Positions 1 through 10,134 of a stretch of 62,005 bases of DNA are shown piece by piece. How positions within the stretch are numbered: position 1 is the first letter of the stretch; each line of letters opens with the position of its first letter. Below the pieces are notes generated by a model that was given only the letters and a program-made list of their open reading frames with translations, was not told the origin of the DNA and made no database searches. The DNA is from a virus. Lineage: Duplodnaviria; Caudoviricetes. Location: the IMG/VR virus record IMGVR_UViG_3300026848_000008, positions 1-62,005 of that record; one strand, written 5' to 3'. The position numbers and the translations under genes were made by a program.

Positions 1-3000
1 TTAGAAGCCTCCGCTTCCGAAGCCGTCTCCGCCGAACCCGTCGCCGCCGAAGCCACCACTCCCAAAGCCGCTACTTCCACCCTTCTGGGGCGTGCCGTCG
101 TCCCGCAGGCCCTTCTCACCAGCGATGCTGTCCACAAGACCCTCGCGCACGCCACCCATGCCACCGACGAACGGCACGCGGCGGATGGCTTCTCGCCAAG
201 CGGCGCGCTCCTTGCCGTTAGTGTCCGTCTTGTCGGTCACGCCGCCGAGCACGGTGACGCCCGAGCCGACCGTGCCGACCGTCGGGCCAGCGAGAGCGGA
301 GAGCACGCGGGTCTGACCGAAGGCCCCGTTCTCCGCGCCTTCGACGGTGGTGTGGAGGATGTCGGCCAGCAGCCCAAGGCCGCCAAGGGCCATCATGCCT
401 TCGGCGAACCACCCGGCAAAGTCGTTCTCATTGCCGTGGATGCGCTCGTTGTAACCAAGGAACTTCTGCCAGTTGCGGACGCGAAGCTGGGCCTCGCGCT
501 GGTCCTCACCGCCACGGAACTGGACGATGTCCTTGGCTGCAAGGGTGGCGGCACCCGCCGCCGGGCCGAGCGTGAAGAGATAGAGGAGACTCTTCATGTT
601 GTCGGGGTCGAGTTCCGACAAGTCCTTGCTCTTCCAAGCGCGCCGCACGTCTTGGCCGTTCTTCCCGATGATGTCGGCGGACATGCGCCCGAGCATCACG
701 GGATAAGATTTAAGCTGCCAGATGATCGAACCCCAAGGCGTCTGGGTCCAGAGCGGCATGTCGTCCGGGTTCGGCGCGAAGATGCTTTCGTTGGCGAACT
801 GCACGATGGCGTTCTTCACCAGCGGGTCTTCCATGTCCGCCTTGCCCATGGCGCGCCCCTCATGCACGAGGTGGCCAATGCCGTAGTGATTGAGGCGGCG
901 CATGATCCGGCGGTATTCGGGGGTCTGCTGGCTCATGTCGAGGCCGTCGCCGACCTTGGCCCGGATCGCCTTGGACACGTCCACGCTGAACGCCTCGAAG
1001 CCGGTTGCCCCGGCAATCTGGCGGACCATGTCGGTCCAAGGCGTGAGCAGCGTTGCGTTGAAGAAGGCGTTGTTCGCCTTACCCAACTTGCCCGAGATGT
1101 CGGTCGCAAACAGGCCAGCCATGCGCTGGTGGACAATGCTCTCGATGGCCACGCCAGTATTGCGGATGCCACGCGCGTAGTCGGGATCGCTGGCCATCTT
1201 GGCCATTGCCTTGATCTGCGCACTCGCCTTGCCCGAGCGGATCACCGGCAGGACGAGGTCGGTCATGGAGGTCAGCGTCGTGAACGACAGGAGCGTGACG
1301 GCATTGAAGGTGCGGATACCACGCGAGGCATCGCGCATGGACTTCGTGTGCAGCGGGCCATGGCCGACTTGCTTGCGGAGGGCGGCCTGCATGGCCGACT
1401 CGGCGAACATGATTTCCTCCACCTCGGCTGCGCCGCGCAGCCCGCCGCCGTCACGAAGTCCATCGACAATGGCATCCACGCGGTGCTCGTAGGTGCTCTT
1501 GGTGGGGGCCTCGTAGCCGACCGGGGTCTTCTTGGTCCGGGCGGGGTCGAGGGCCATCAGGAAGTCCTTGGCCGCCGCAGCCCCGCTGGTGTTGAAGATT
1601 TCGTGGACACGGCGCGCGGCCTGCCGCGCGCCGAAGTCGTCGCCTTGGAAGGGCATCACGGTCTCGTCGCGGAACTCCAAGGTGGACAGGTATCCATCTT
1701 CGGCAATGGCCCGGATGTCCCGGCGGGACACGCGGTTGGTCGAGAGCAGGTCGGCAATGCCGTCCAGCCCTTGGTCCATGACCTTGAGGTAGTCGTAGTA
1801 GCCATGGTTCATCGTGCCCCAGCGGCGGCCTTGCAGCGTGGAGCGCACGCTGCCGTCGAGGTATTTGATGAGCGTGCCCTCAAGGTCGTTCAGGAGGAAC
1901 TTGTTGAGGGCCTTGGCGTTCGCCTCGAACTCGGGGTTTTCGAGGTGAATGAGGCGCTGGTAGCGCAGGTGATCGCTATCCGCCGTGCGCGAGGAGCCAA
2001 CCGGGGGCGGCAGGTATTGCCCCTCGTCATCCACAAGGCGCGACCAGACGCCTTGGGCGCGCTTGGACGCCTCGGCCTTGTCGATGGGGCGGCCTTCGCT
2101 GCTGCCTTCGGCCATGAAGTAGTTGCCGAGTTCGTCGATGAACTCGTCCTTGTCCCGCTGGAGGCTTTCGACATCCCAGATTTGCGGGAAGTAGTTTTCG
2201 ATCCGCCCGACAATCACGCCCGCCTTGCGCAGTTGGGACAGTTCGCCGCCGAGCAAGTCTTGGATGTGGATCACCACGTCCTTCTCGGCCTGCGAGAGCC
2301 GCGAGAACTCGATGGACGGGATGCCACCCATGCGCAGGGCCGTGAGGATGCGCGAGTGGGAGTCCGGTTGCTTGCCCGGCTTGATGTTGTTGAGCCAGCG
2401 CCCGAAACTTCCGGGCGAGTCCGGCAGCTTATCGAGCATATCGCGCAGCTTGAAGACGCGGTCGCCGAGTTCCGTGGCGTGATCGACGTAGTGCTGGCGG
2501 TGCCAAGTGGCGACGGTCTTGAGGCCAGCCTCGTCCATCCGCTTGGAGTTCGCGCTGAACGCGGCGGTAAAGAACTTCTTGGCCGTCGAGAACGTCTTGC
2601 CAGCGTCCATCCGGCGCTGGCGCGCAGCCGAGAGAAGCATCTGGGTGAAGTCCGTCGGCGCAGCGACGGAGTCCATGTAGTTCACCACATCGGCCAGATC
2701 GCTCGGGCCGAGGGTCTCGTTGTTGAGGGCCTTGGCCATGATCGCGTTGTTCGGCGCAGCCACCTCGGAGACGAGCGAGTGGTAGAGGATCGGGTCGGCG
2801 TTATCGAAGGCGGTCGCCTCGATGGACTTGACGTTGTTGCTCGCCGAGACCTGCTTGCCCGAGGAGGGGTCGATGTGGTCGAGCAGGATCAGGCCTTCGT
2901 GGAAAACCTGCTTTCCGCCGGGGACGGTGTTCGGGAACGTGGCGCGAACAGAGTCGTAGCCAAGACGCCCAAAGCTGTCGGCGAGGATGTCAGTGGCATA

Positions 3001-6000
3001 CTGGTAGGCACCGGCGGAGCGGTCGCCCAGCACGAGCTTGGTCAGCAGGCCATGGAACTCGACAGCATCCATGTGGCTGGGGAGCGAGGGCTGCCATTTG
3101 GCAGCGTCGCGGTAGTCGATGTGCCCATTGGCTTCGAGGTCTTCGAGGAGGCGCGCGACGAGCGCGCTGTCGCGCTGGATCGTGACGCCTTGCCGCAGGT
3201 CGAGCGGGTTCTTGGCGCGCACCACGACGCCCAAGACCTTGGGCGCATTGGTGAGGCCCATGTCCTCCAGCTCGGCGAGGAACATACGCTCGAAGCGGCG
3301 GAGACCGTCGATGTCTCCGTCCAGCTTCTCGGTGTTGGCATCAGGCATGGCGCGCTTGCGCGTGAGCACGCCGATTTCGCGGCGGATGTCGGCGATGGAG
3401 GCGACGGTATCAGCGACCTCGTCGAAGTCTTCGGGGGCGATCTTGCCTTCGTCGCGCAGGCCCTCGGCGCGCGTCAGCATCGCGTCGTAGGTCGAGTTCT
3501 GTGCATAGACCTTGTCGGCCACCATCTGGTTCTTGGTCAGGTGGATGCCGCGCGCGAAGTCGCTGCGGCCCGAGCGCATCACGGCGTCGGGCGAGGAGAG
3601 CGCATCGCCGGAGGGCGTGCCGTGGTAATAGACGACCACTCCATCCTCGTCGCGGCCAACGCCGTTCTCGACGAAATCGAGCATCCGTTGGATGCGCTGC
3701 CCGCTCATGCTGGCCATGAGGTCGGCGTAGTAGGAGGCGGCGTATTCGGGGGCGATGCCGCCCGTGCGCGGGTCGGCATCCACCACCCGCCGGGTGGTGG
3801 CGAACATGTCGCCGTAGCCGTCGATCCGACGGAACATCTGCTTGATCGTCTTGCGGCCAATGAGGCCGTTGACCATGTAGGCGACCGCCTCGACCATCCG
3901 GTTCGCGAAGGCCACGAGGCTGGAGCGTGCGGAGAGTTCGCGCATGTCGCGCCCTTCGCGGATTGCGAACATGTCGCCCTTGGCCACCTTGCCCATGGAG
4001 TAGAGCGCGCCGCTTTCGGCGAACCATTCCTCGGCCAGCGTGTCGATGGTGGCGTCTTCGAGGTCATCGACGCTCTTGTTGGCCGGGGCGTAGAGTTCAA
4101 TGCGCTTCTTGGCCACGGGGTCGCCGCCCTTGGCGGCCTCGATGAACTGGTCGCGGACCACCCGGAGGTCGTCTTGGTTGAAGATGCCGGTGCGCAGGGC
4201 GAGGTGATAGACCTCGTGCATCACGTCGAAGGGATCGGAGACATCGTTGGTCAGGCCGATGGCCATCTTGCGGAGGCTGCTGCGCAGCGCCGAGAAGCCT
4301 TCGCCCCGGAAGTCGGCGAAGACCCCGGTGGCCCCGGCGGGCTGTTGGCGGTTGGCCAGTCGGTAGATGTCGGCAGTGGACGTGACATGCGTGTTGTTCA
4401 GCGCGTCCGTGGTCGTCTTGCCCATCAGGTTGAGCGCGCGATAGACGAGCGTCCGCATGGTCGCCTGCACCTCGGGGTCACGGTGCGACATGAAGCTCTG
4501 GATTTCGCGGACGACGGTCGGCGCACCCTGCATGATGCCGTCGCCGACATCGCCCATGTGCTGCTTGACTTCGGTGTTGACAGCCGCACTCACCAAGCGG
4601 GAGACGCGCGGGCGGATGGGCGGCTGCCCGCTCTTCTTGCGCCGGGTGTTCTCGCCGCGCCGATACGCCTCATACATGATCTGCTCGACGAGCGGCCAGT
4701 CGCCATCATCAATGGCGTCCTGCATCATGGCATGAAGGTCGGCGGCCCCGGCATTTCGCACTTCGATGGGGACGGAGAATTTAGCGGTGCTCCAGACAGC
4801 ATCCGGCTCCACCTTCTGGCGGCGCAGGATTTCGGTTGCACTCGCATCGCGGTCGAGATCACCTCCCTTCTTGAAGTGAGCGATCAGCTCTTCGAGACTC
4901 ATGTCGCGAAGGCTGCGCTGTTTGGTGGAAGCCGTCTGGGACTCACGCGGCTGACGCTTGGAGCTGGGCGTCTTGGCAGTCTCGACGGCGGTCTTCTTGG
5001 TTTTCTCCTTGGCAGCCTCGGCACGCTTTTCCTTGTTGCGCGCACGAACCTCCGTTTTCGGAGTGTTCCGCATCTCCTTGGAGACACGGTAGGCGTTCGG
5101 GAGTTCGGTAGCGGAGAAGGCCGCGCCGCGACCCTCGGCCACTTGGAGGGCGCGGTTGAGCGTGTAGCTCGTATAAGCGACGGTGGTGTCGATGGAGGTG
5201 TCCGTCCCATCGTCCCAGATTTTCCGCAGGGCATCGAAGACGACGGTCGGATCGGTCGTGACCGTGCCCGCTTCCGGGTCGTTGCCGCGCAGCCAGATGT
5301 CGGCGGCATCGGGGCCGTCTTGGGCCTCGGGATCGAACTCGTCGCCCCATTTGACGAGGAAATCCTCGTCAGGTTTGATGTGAAGGGTGTCCGCGATCTT
5401 GTAAGCGGCGTCACGGACAAGCTTGGCCATGTCGCCCTGCTGGGCCTCAAGCCACTTCCGCCCCCGCATGGGGGCGAAGGTGTTGCGGATGGCCGTGAGT
5501 TTGAACAGGAACTCGGCGATGTCGCGCGCGGTCGCGATGGCGGTCTCGACCTGCTCGCTGTTCAGCGCGCGCGCGAGGTCGTCGTGCATCAGGTTGATCG
5601 TGTTGATGTGCGAGACGATGAAGCGCCCCTGCGGCGTCTTGAGTTCGCCGCGCGGCTTGACCATCTGGAACTTGGCCGCATCCTCCGGGTCGGGGATGAT
5701 CTTGGCGAAGAGGGGTTCGAGGCTCTCGTCGATGAAGTCCCTCGACGCGAAGCGGTCGAAGACGGCCTTCATGTAATTCCACATCTTCGTCCAGAACGGC
5801 ACGTCATCCCAGACGAGCTTGTCGCGGGAGCGCATCATGAAGGCCACGAACTGGTTGGCGAAGTATTCCTGCGGCGACAGGGTGGCATTGCCCACCGCTT
5901 CGACCGGGACGCTGCCAAGGTCGCGGGCGTTCACGTCGAGGGTGCCGTCAGCGTAGAAGCGGTCGCGGATGCCACCCCAGAACTCAAGGCGTTCTGCGGG

Positions 6001-9000
6001 CGTGAGGATGTTCTCGTAGGCCCAATGCGCCACCTCGTGGTAGAGCGCGAAGAGGCGGGGGGCGAACTTGTTTTCCGGGTCGTTCTTGAGCGTGATCTTA
6101 CTGGCGGAGCCAGTGACGTTCATGTCCACAGCTCCACGCTCGATGACCGGCTTTTGGGTGCCATTCAGGCGCTCAAGGAAGGACTTCGCAGCGGCAACCT
6201 CCTTGGGGGAGCGGCCAGCGAAGATGTCGTCGATAGCCTTGTTCGCTTCGGCCAGAGTGGCAGTTTCGCTGGCGATGCCTTCGGGGGCGTAGCGCGTCTG
6301 GAGCGCATAGAGCGTTTCGAGCGAGCGCGTGAGCTTGTCGAGATACTCGGTGTTTTTCAGCCACGGAAAAGTTTCGAGATGCTGCGCGGCAAGTTTGATG
6401 TCGGCGAGAGTGACGCGGCTATCGCGAGCAAGACGGGTGCCCTTGTAGGCACCCTTGGTGCGAAGGAACTCATAGGCGAGCTGGAGTTCCTCGAACTCCG
6501 GGCCAGTGAGGCGGGAGAGGTCGATGAGGGTGGCTTTCGCCTCCGTCTTCGACATCGGGGCGTTTTCCAGCGGATCGGCGTCCGCATCGGCGGCCTCGTT
6601 GATTTCATCGGCGGACGACTCGGCAAAGCCGTCGCGGGCTGCCTTCGTCTTGGACGAAGTGCCAGCGGGAACGCTGCCCACGATGAAGTCGTCGGGATCG
6701 CCCTTGCCGATCAGGACTTCGGCACCGAAGCCAGCATCGGCCTGACGCTGGGACAAAACGCGAACATCGTCGGGATTGGTGCGGCTGCGCACAGCCACGA
6801 CGCGATCTCCGGCCACCTTGGGCGTGACGACCTCGGCGCGGGCCTGCGCCTTCGGGTCGGGAGACGACTTGGCCTCCCGCTTGCTGGCTCCCTGCACGAG
6901 CGCAAGGAACTCGTCACCGGACAGTTCGCCATTGCGCAGGGCTTCTGCCCAAGACGCCAGATCATCGGCGCGCGGCGGAGCGCCGGGGGTTTCGGCTTCG
7001 GGGGTGGGAGCTTCTTCTTCGCGGGTAAGGCCGCGTTCTTCGAGGGTCTTGAGGGAGAGCTTTTGCTTGCTGCCGCGACCGGAGGCCGCGAGCGCATACT
7101 CGCGGTTGGTGTAGTATTTGCCGGTGTGCGGCGAGTAGAAGAGCGGGGTGCCCTTGGGCACATAGCCCTTCTGCCGCTTGGTCTTCCCGGCCTTGGTTTC
7201 ATAGGTGCGCGAGGAGCCGCCGATGACCCCGGTCATGGGTTCGGTGGCGGTCCACTCGGCCACGGGCTGGGCTTCGGTCTGGTAGCTGCCGCTCTCCTTG
7301 CCGTTCTCGTCGAACTGGCGAACGGTGCGGGACTTGCTGTTACGAAGCGCTTCAAGCTCGAAGGCCTCTTGGGACAGCGCGCCGCGCCGGGGAGCGGAGC
7401 CATCGGTGATGGTCCGGGTTGCTCGGCCATCGGCATCGCGTTCGGTGACTTGGCCAGCACGGAGGATGGCCTGCGGGCGGCCATTGCCGCCGACGCCGGA
7501 GGTGCTGTAGCCCTGCCCGAGTTCGTCCATTGCCCGGCCAGTGGCGGAGCGCTTGCGGCCTTCCTTGCGCGCGGCATCGGCTGCCGCCTTGGCGGCGGAC
7601 TGATCGGCCTCGCGGGTGGTCGCCTTGGCGGCGGTTCGTTCGGCGAAGGCCTCACTGGCCCCACGGATTTGGGCGTCGCGCTTCACCAGATTGCCAAGGA
7701 AGGGCGTAAGCTGCTCGCTCATGCTCTTCCTCGGGCCAGCCATTTTGGAGGTAACGTCGGCAATGGCATCGCTCATATCGAGCGGATCGCTGGCTGCCGT
7801 CTTGGTCTTGGCCTTCGTGGCCCCCTTGGTTTTCGTGGTTCCCTTGGCCTTCGCGGCCCGACGCTTCTGGGCGCGCTTGGGGGTGGCGGGGGCCTCTTCG
7901 GCAGCTACGACCTTGGCGAAGGCGTCGGGCGGCAGGCCATTGGGGTTGCCGTAGCGCTCGTCGTAGAGCTTGGTGACGGCCTCGGCCTGATCGGGGAACT
8001 TCTCCTGCGCGATCTTGGTGAAGGTCTCGCGGAACAAAGCGTGACCACGCATGGGTTCGAGGCTGTCGTCGAGGATGTCGAAGACTTCTTCGAGTTCCTC
8101 GTCCATCTCGAAGAGGCGCGCGGCGAGGTCTTCACCCGGAGGGAAGTAGGGCTTCGCGCCGGGAACGGCGGGGACTTCCGGCGGCTTGGCCTTGGGCGAC
8201 TGCACGAACTCGACCGGGCCGCGCGGCTCGGTCGGGAGCGGGGTGGGCCCGGTGGCTTCGGTGGGTTCGACCTCGCCTTCTCCCTCGGCCTTTGCCGGGG
8301 TGACTTCGAGTTCGGCAGCGATCTCTTCGCCTTCGGCGGTGATCTGCTTGAGTTCGGCGATGCTCGGGTCTTCGCGCAGGCGGCGCGCGAGGGACTCAAG
8401 ACGGACGATGCGGGCAAGGTTCTGGTCCGCCTTCGCGCGCGTTGCGGCGTCATCGCTCTCGATCAGAGAGGAGGTATTCTGCTCGTAGCTCCGGCGCAGC
8501 TCGTTGATCTTCTGGAGCTGCATCATGGTGGCCACGTTGCGCTCGGCAGCCCGGATTTCCTTCTTCGGGGCACCTTCGCGGTGCATCCGGTCCAGTTCGT
8601 CTTGGGCGCGGCGCTGGGCATCCGCCAGCATCTCGGGATCGTAGAGGTCTTCGGGGGCTTCGGGTTCCGGCGTCGCCGAAGGCTGGGCACCGGGTTCGGA
8701 GGGCAGCGCGTTGATCGGCGACTGCTCCTGACTCCCCGACTCGGAGAAGAGGCGGGCGAACTCACGCGCCTGCGCGTAGTCCATCTTGGCCAGTTCTTCT
8801 TCGTTGGCCCCGGCAGCCCGGAGGCGGGCGACAACGTCGGTCATCCCGCGCGCGCTCGCGCCAGCGACAGCACCGCCCAGAGCGCCGCCGATACCAACGC
8901 CGAAGAGGCCGCCGACACCGGCAGCCACGGCACCGCGTCCAACATCGTAGCCGTCTTGCAGGCCAACGTCGGACATGCGCCCCTGATTGATGGCGTCGAT

Positions 9001-9531
9001 AGTGCCTTCGGTCACGGCGTTTTCGATGGCCCCGGCGACAGCACCGGACTTCGCGCCCTGCACGGCGACGCCAAGAGCGCCCTTGCCCGCGCGCGCGGCG
9101 GCGAACGCGCCGCGCGCGCCAATGCCGACGCCAAAGGCGTTCAGCGGATCGAGCAGGGTCGCCCCGGCCCAATCCTGCCATGCGTCCACGTTGGTAATTC
9201 CTCGCGTCGGCGCGAGTTCGTAGGCGCGCTGGATGCGCGCCATGCGTTCCTTCTGGGCGGCGTCGGCAAACTTGCCGCGCCCGAACTCGATGGAACCGGC
9301 GACAGTGTTGTTGTTCACCCACGTCTGGTGGGTGTAGAAATCCTCGATAAGCTGGTCTTCGGTCCAGTCGTCGGCTCCCGTGCCGTCGAACTGGCGCTTC
9401 CGCATCTCGCGGTATTCTTGCTGGAACCGGGGGTCACGCAGGAGCGTGCTCGGGTCTGCATCAGTGAGGTAATCGCTCTGCGACTGACCGAGGTCGCCTC
9501 CGCGATTTCCATAGACAGGCTTGTAAGCCAC
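1..9531 (-). CDS. Giant internal virion (ejected) polyvalent protein, 3176 aa
   Basis: Last gene of the ejection cluster; HEVAH (6025-6039) and HEVYH (4204-4218) zincin-like motifs; ART-like motifs YYHGT...GIHLT...VRAKNPLDL...GYDSV...NVKSI; Gly-rich hydrophobic N- and C-terminal regions. Confidence 0.8.
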   Translation of the reverse strand: MAYKPVYGNRGGDLGQSQSDYLTDADPSTLLRDPRFQQEYREMRKRQFDGTGADDWTEDQLIEDFYTHQTWVNNNTVAGSIEFGRGKFADAAQKERMARIQRAYELAPTRGITNVDAWQDWAGATLLDPLNAFGVGIGARGAFAAARAGKGALGVAVQGAKSGAVAGAIENAVTEGTIDAINQGRMSDVGLQDGYDVGRGAVAAGVGGLFGVGIGGALGGAVAGASARGMTDVVARLRAAGANEEELAKMDYAQAREFARLFSESGSQEQSPINALPSEPGAQPSATPEPEAPEDLYDPEMLADAQRRAQDELDRMHREGAPKKEIRAAERNVATMMQLQKINELRRSYEQNTSSLIESDDAATRAKADQNLARIVRLESLARRLREDPSIAELKQITAEGEEIAAELEVTPAKAEGEGEVEPTEATGPTPLPTEPRGPVEFVQSPKAKPPEVPAVPGAKPYFPPGEDLAARLFEMDEELEEVFDILDDSLEPMRGHALFRETFTKIAQEKFPDQAEAVTKLYDERYGNPNGLPPDAFAKVVAAEEAPATPKRAQKRRAAKAKGTTKTKGATKAKTKTAASDPLDMSDAIADVTSKMAGPRKSMSEQLTPFLGNLVKRDAQIRGASEAFAERTAAKATTREADQSAAKAAADAARKEGRKRSATGRAMDELGQGYSTSGVGGNGRPQAILRAGQVTERDADGRATRTITDGSAPRRGALSQEAFELEALRNSKSRTVRQFDENGKESGSYQTEAQPVAEWTATEPMTGVIGGSSRTYETKAGKTKRQKGYVPKGTPLFYSPHTGKYYTNREYALAASGRGSKQKLSLKTLEERGLTREEEAPTPEAETPGAPPRADDLASWAEALRNGELSGDEFLALVQGASKREAKSSPDPKAQARAEVVTPKVAGDRVVAVRSRTNPDDVRVLSQRQADAGFGAEVLIGKGDPDDFIVGSVPAGTSSKTKAARDGFAESSADEINEAADADADPLENAPMSKTEAKATLIDLSRLTGPEFEELQLAYEFLRTKGAYKGTRLARDSRVTLADIKLAAQHLETFPWLKNTEYLDKLTRSLETLYALQTRYAPEGIASETATLAEANKAIDDIFAGRSPKEVAAAKSFLERLNGTQKPVIERGAVDMNVTGSASKITLKNDPENKFAPRLFALYHEVAHWAYENILTPAERLEFWGGIRDRFYADGTLDVNARDLGSVPVEAVGNATLSPQEYFANQFVAFMMRSRDKLVWDDVPFWTKMWNYMKAVFDRFASRDFIDESLEPLFAKIIPDPEDAAKFQMVKPRGELKTPQGRFIVSHINTINLMHDDLARALNSEQVETAIATARDIAEFLFKLTAIRNTFAPMRGRKWLEAQQGDMAKLVRDAAYKIADTLHIKPDEDFLVKWGDEFDPEAQDGPDAADIWLRGNDPEAGTVTTDPTVVFDALRKIWDDGTDTSIDTTVAYTSYTLNRALQVAEGRGAAFSATELPNAYRVSKEMRNTPKTEVRARNKEKRAEAAKEKTKKTAVETAKTPSSKRQPRESQTASTKQRSLRDMSLEELIAHFKKGGDLDRDASATEILRRQKVEPDAVWSTAKFSVPIEVRNAGAADLHAMMQDAIDDGDWPLVEQIMYEAYRRGENTRRKKSGQPPIRPRVSRLVSAAVNTEVKQHMGDVGDGIMQGAPTVVREIQSFMSHRDPEVQATMRTLVYRALNLMGKTTTDALNNTHVTSTADIYRLANRQQPAGATGVFADFRGEGFSALRSSLRKMAIGLTNDVSDPFDVMHEVYHLALRTGIFNQDDLRVVRDQFIEAAKGGDPVAKKRIELYAPANKSVDDLEDATIDTLAEEWFAESGALYSMGKVAKGDMFAIREGRDMRELSARSSLVAFANRMVEAVAYMVNGLIGRKTIKQMFRRIDGYGDMFATTRRVVDADPRTGGIAPEYAASYYADLMASMSGQRIQRMLDFVENGVGRDEDGVVVYYHGTPSGDALSSPDAVMRSGRSDFARGIHLTKNQMVADKVYAQNSTYDAMLTRAEGLRDEGKIAPEDFDEVADTVASIADIRREIGVLTRKRAMPDANTEKLDGDIDGLRRFERMFLAELEDMGLTNAPKVLGVVVRAKNPLDLRQGVTIQRDSALVARLLEDLEANGHIDYRDAAKWQPSLPSHMDAVEFHGLLTKLVLGDRSAGAYQYATDILADSFGRLGYDSVRATFPNTVPGGKQVFHEGLILLDHIDPSSGKQVSASNNVKSIEATAFDNADPILYHSLVSEVAAPNNAIMAKALNNETLGPSDLADVVNYMDSVAAPTDFTQMLLSAARQRRMDAGKTFSTAKKFFTAAFSANSKRMDEAGLKTVATWHRQHYVDHATELGDRVFKLRDMLDKLPDSPGSFGRWLNNIKPGKQPDSHSRILTALRMGGIPSIEFSRLSQAEKDVVIHIQDLLGGELSQLRKAGVIVGRIENYFPQIWDVESLQRDKDEFIDELGNYFMAEGSSEGRPIDKAEASKRAQGVWSRLVDDEGQYLPPPVGSSRTADSDHLRYQRLIHLENPEFEANAKALNKFLLNDLEGTLIKYLDGSVRSTLQGRRWGTMNHGYYDYLKVMDQGLDGIADLLSTNRVSRRDIRAIAEDGYLSTLEFRDETVMPFQGDDFGARQAARRVHEIFNTSGAAAAKDFLMALDPARTKKTPVGYEAPTKSTYEHRVDAIVDGLRDGGGLRGAAEVEEIMFAESAMQAALRKQVGHGPLHTKSMRDASRGIRTFNAVTLLSFTTLTSMTDLVLPVIRSGKASAQIKAMAKMASDPDYARGIRNTGVAIESIVHQRMAGLFATDISGKLGKANNAFFNATLLTPWTDMVRQIAGATGFEAFSVDVSKAIRAKVGDGLDMSQQTPEYRRIMRRLNHYGIGHLVHEGRAMGKADMEDPLVKNAIVQFANESIFAPNPDDMPLWTQTPWGSIIWQLKSYPVMLGRMSADIIGKNGQDVRRAWKSKDLSELDPDNMKSLLYLFTLGPAAGAATLAAKDIVQFRGGEDQREAQLRVRNWQKFLGYNERIHGNENDFAGWFAEGMMALGGLGLLADILHTTVEGAENGAFGQTRVLSALAGPTVGTVGSGVTVLGGVTDKTDTNGKERAAWREAIRRVPFVGGMGGVREGLVDSIAGEKGLRDDGTPQKGGSSGFGSGGFGGDGFGGDGFGSGGF

Positions 9532-9594
9532 TCCGGTTCTCCAGTTTCCGTTTGTGCCGGAACGTCTTGGAGCACCTTGGAGTGGGCGGTCGTC

Positions 9595-10134
9595 CTACTT
9601 GCCGTTGAAGAGGTTCGACCAGTAGCCGCTGTCTCGGGTGGGACTGGATTTGCCGGGGCTGGTCGAATTGCCGTTGAAGAGGTTCGACCAATAATTGCCG
9701 TCGCGCCGCGTCTGGCTCCGGCTCCGGCTCTGGCTGGGGGCGGGCAGGTCCACGGCGTCGCCAAGGGCGCGCATGTTCTTCGCGACGTAGTTGCGGGTCT
9801 CTTCGGGAGCGCGAGCGAGCCAGTTGGAGCCGTGGCTCTTGATGGCCCTGTCGAGATTGCCCGGCCCCCAATTGTATGCGCCCCACGCCTTGGCCATGTC
9901 GCCGCCGTAGCGCTTGGCCATGGCGTCGAGGTAGTCGCGGCCCACGCGCGCCAGTTCTTCGGGGGAGTTGTCCTTGGCGGGTTTCACGCCGAAGCCGGGG
10001 TCGGTGATCGTGCCCGGCATGACCTGCATCCGCCCCTTCGCGCCGACCGGGGACGTGACCCACGAGCCGTCCTTGTTGAAGTCGCGGTTGCCGCTCTCGG
10101 TATTGGCGGTGATGTCGTAGATGTTGCGGGGCAT
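9595..10134 (-). CDS. Lytic transglycosylase (SLT domain), probably virion-associated
   Basis: NTES catalytic Glu, GAKGRMQVMP and AYNWGPG motifs. Confidence 0.9.
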   Translation of the reverse strand: MPRNIYDITANTESGNRDFNKDGSWVTSPVGAKGRMQVMPGTITDPGFGVKPAKDNSPEELARVGRDYLDAMAKRYGGDMAKAWGAYNWGPGNLDRAIKSHGSNWLARAPEETRNYVAKNMRALGDAVDLPAPSQSRSRSQTRRDGNYWSNLFNGNSTSPGKSSPTRDSGYWSNLFNGK

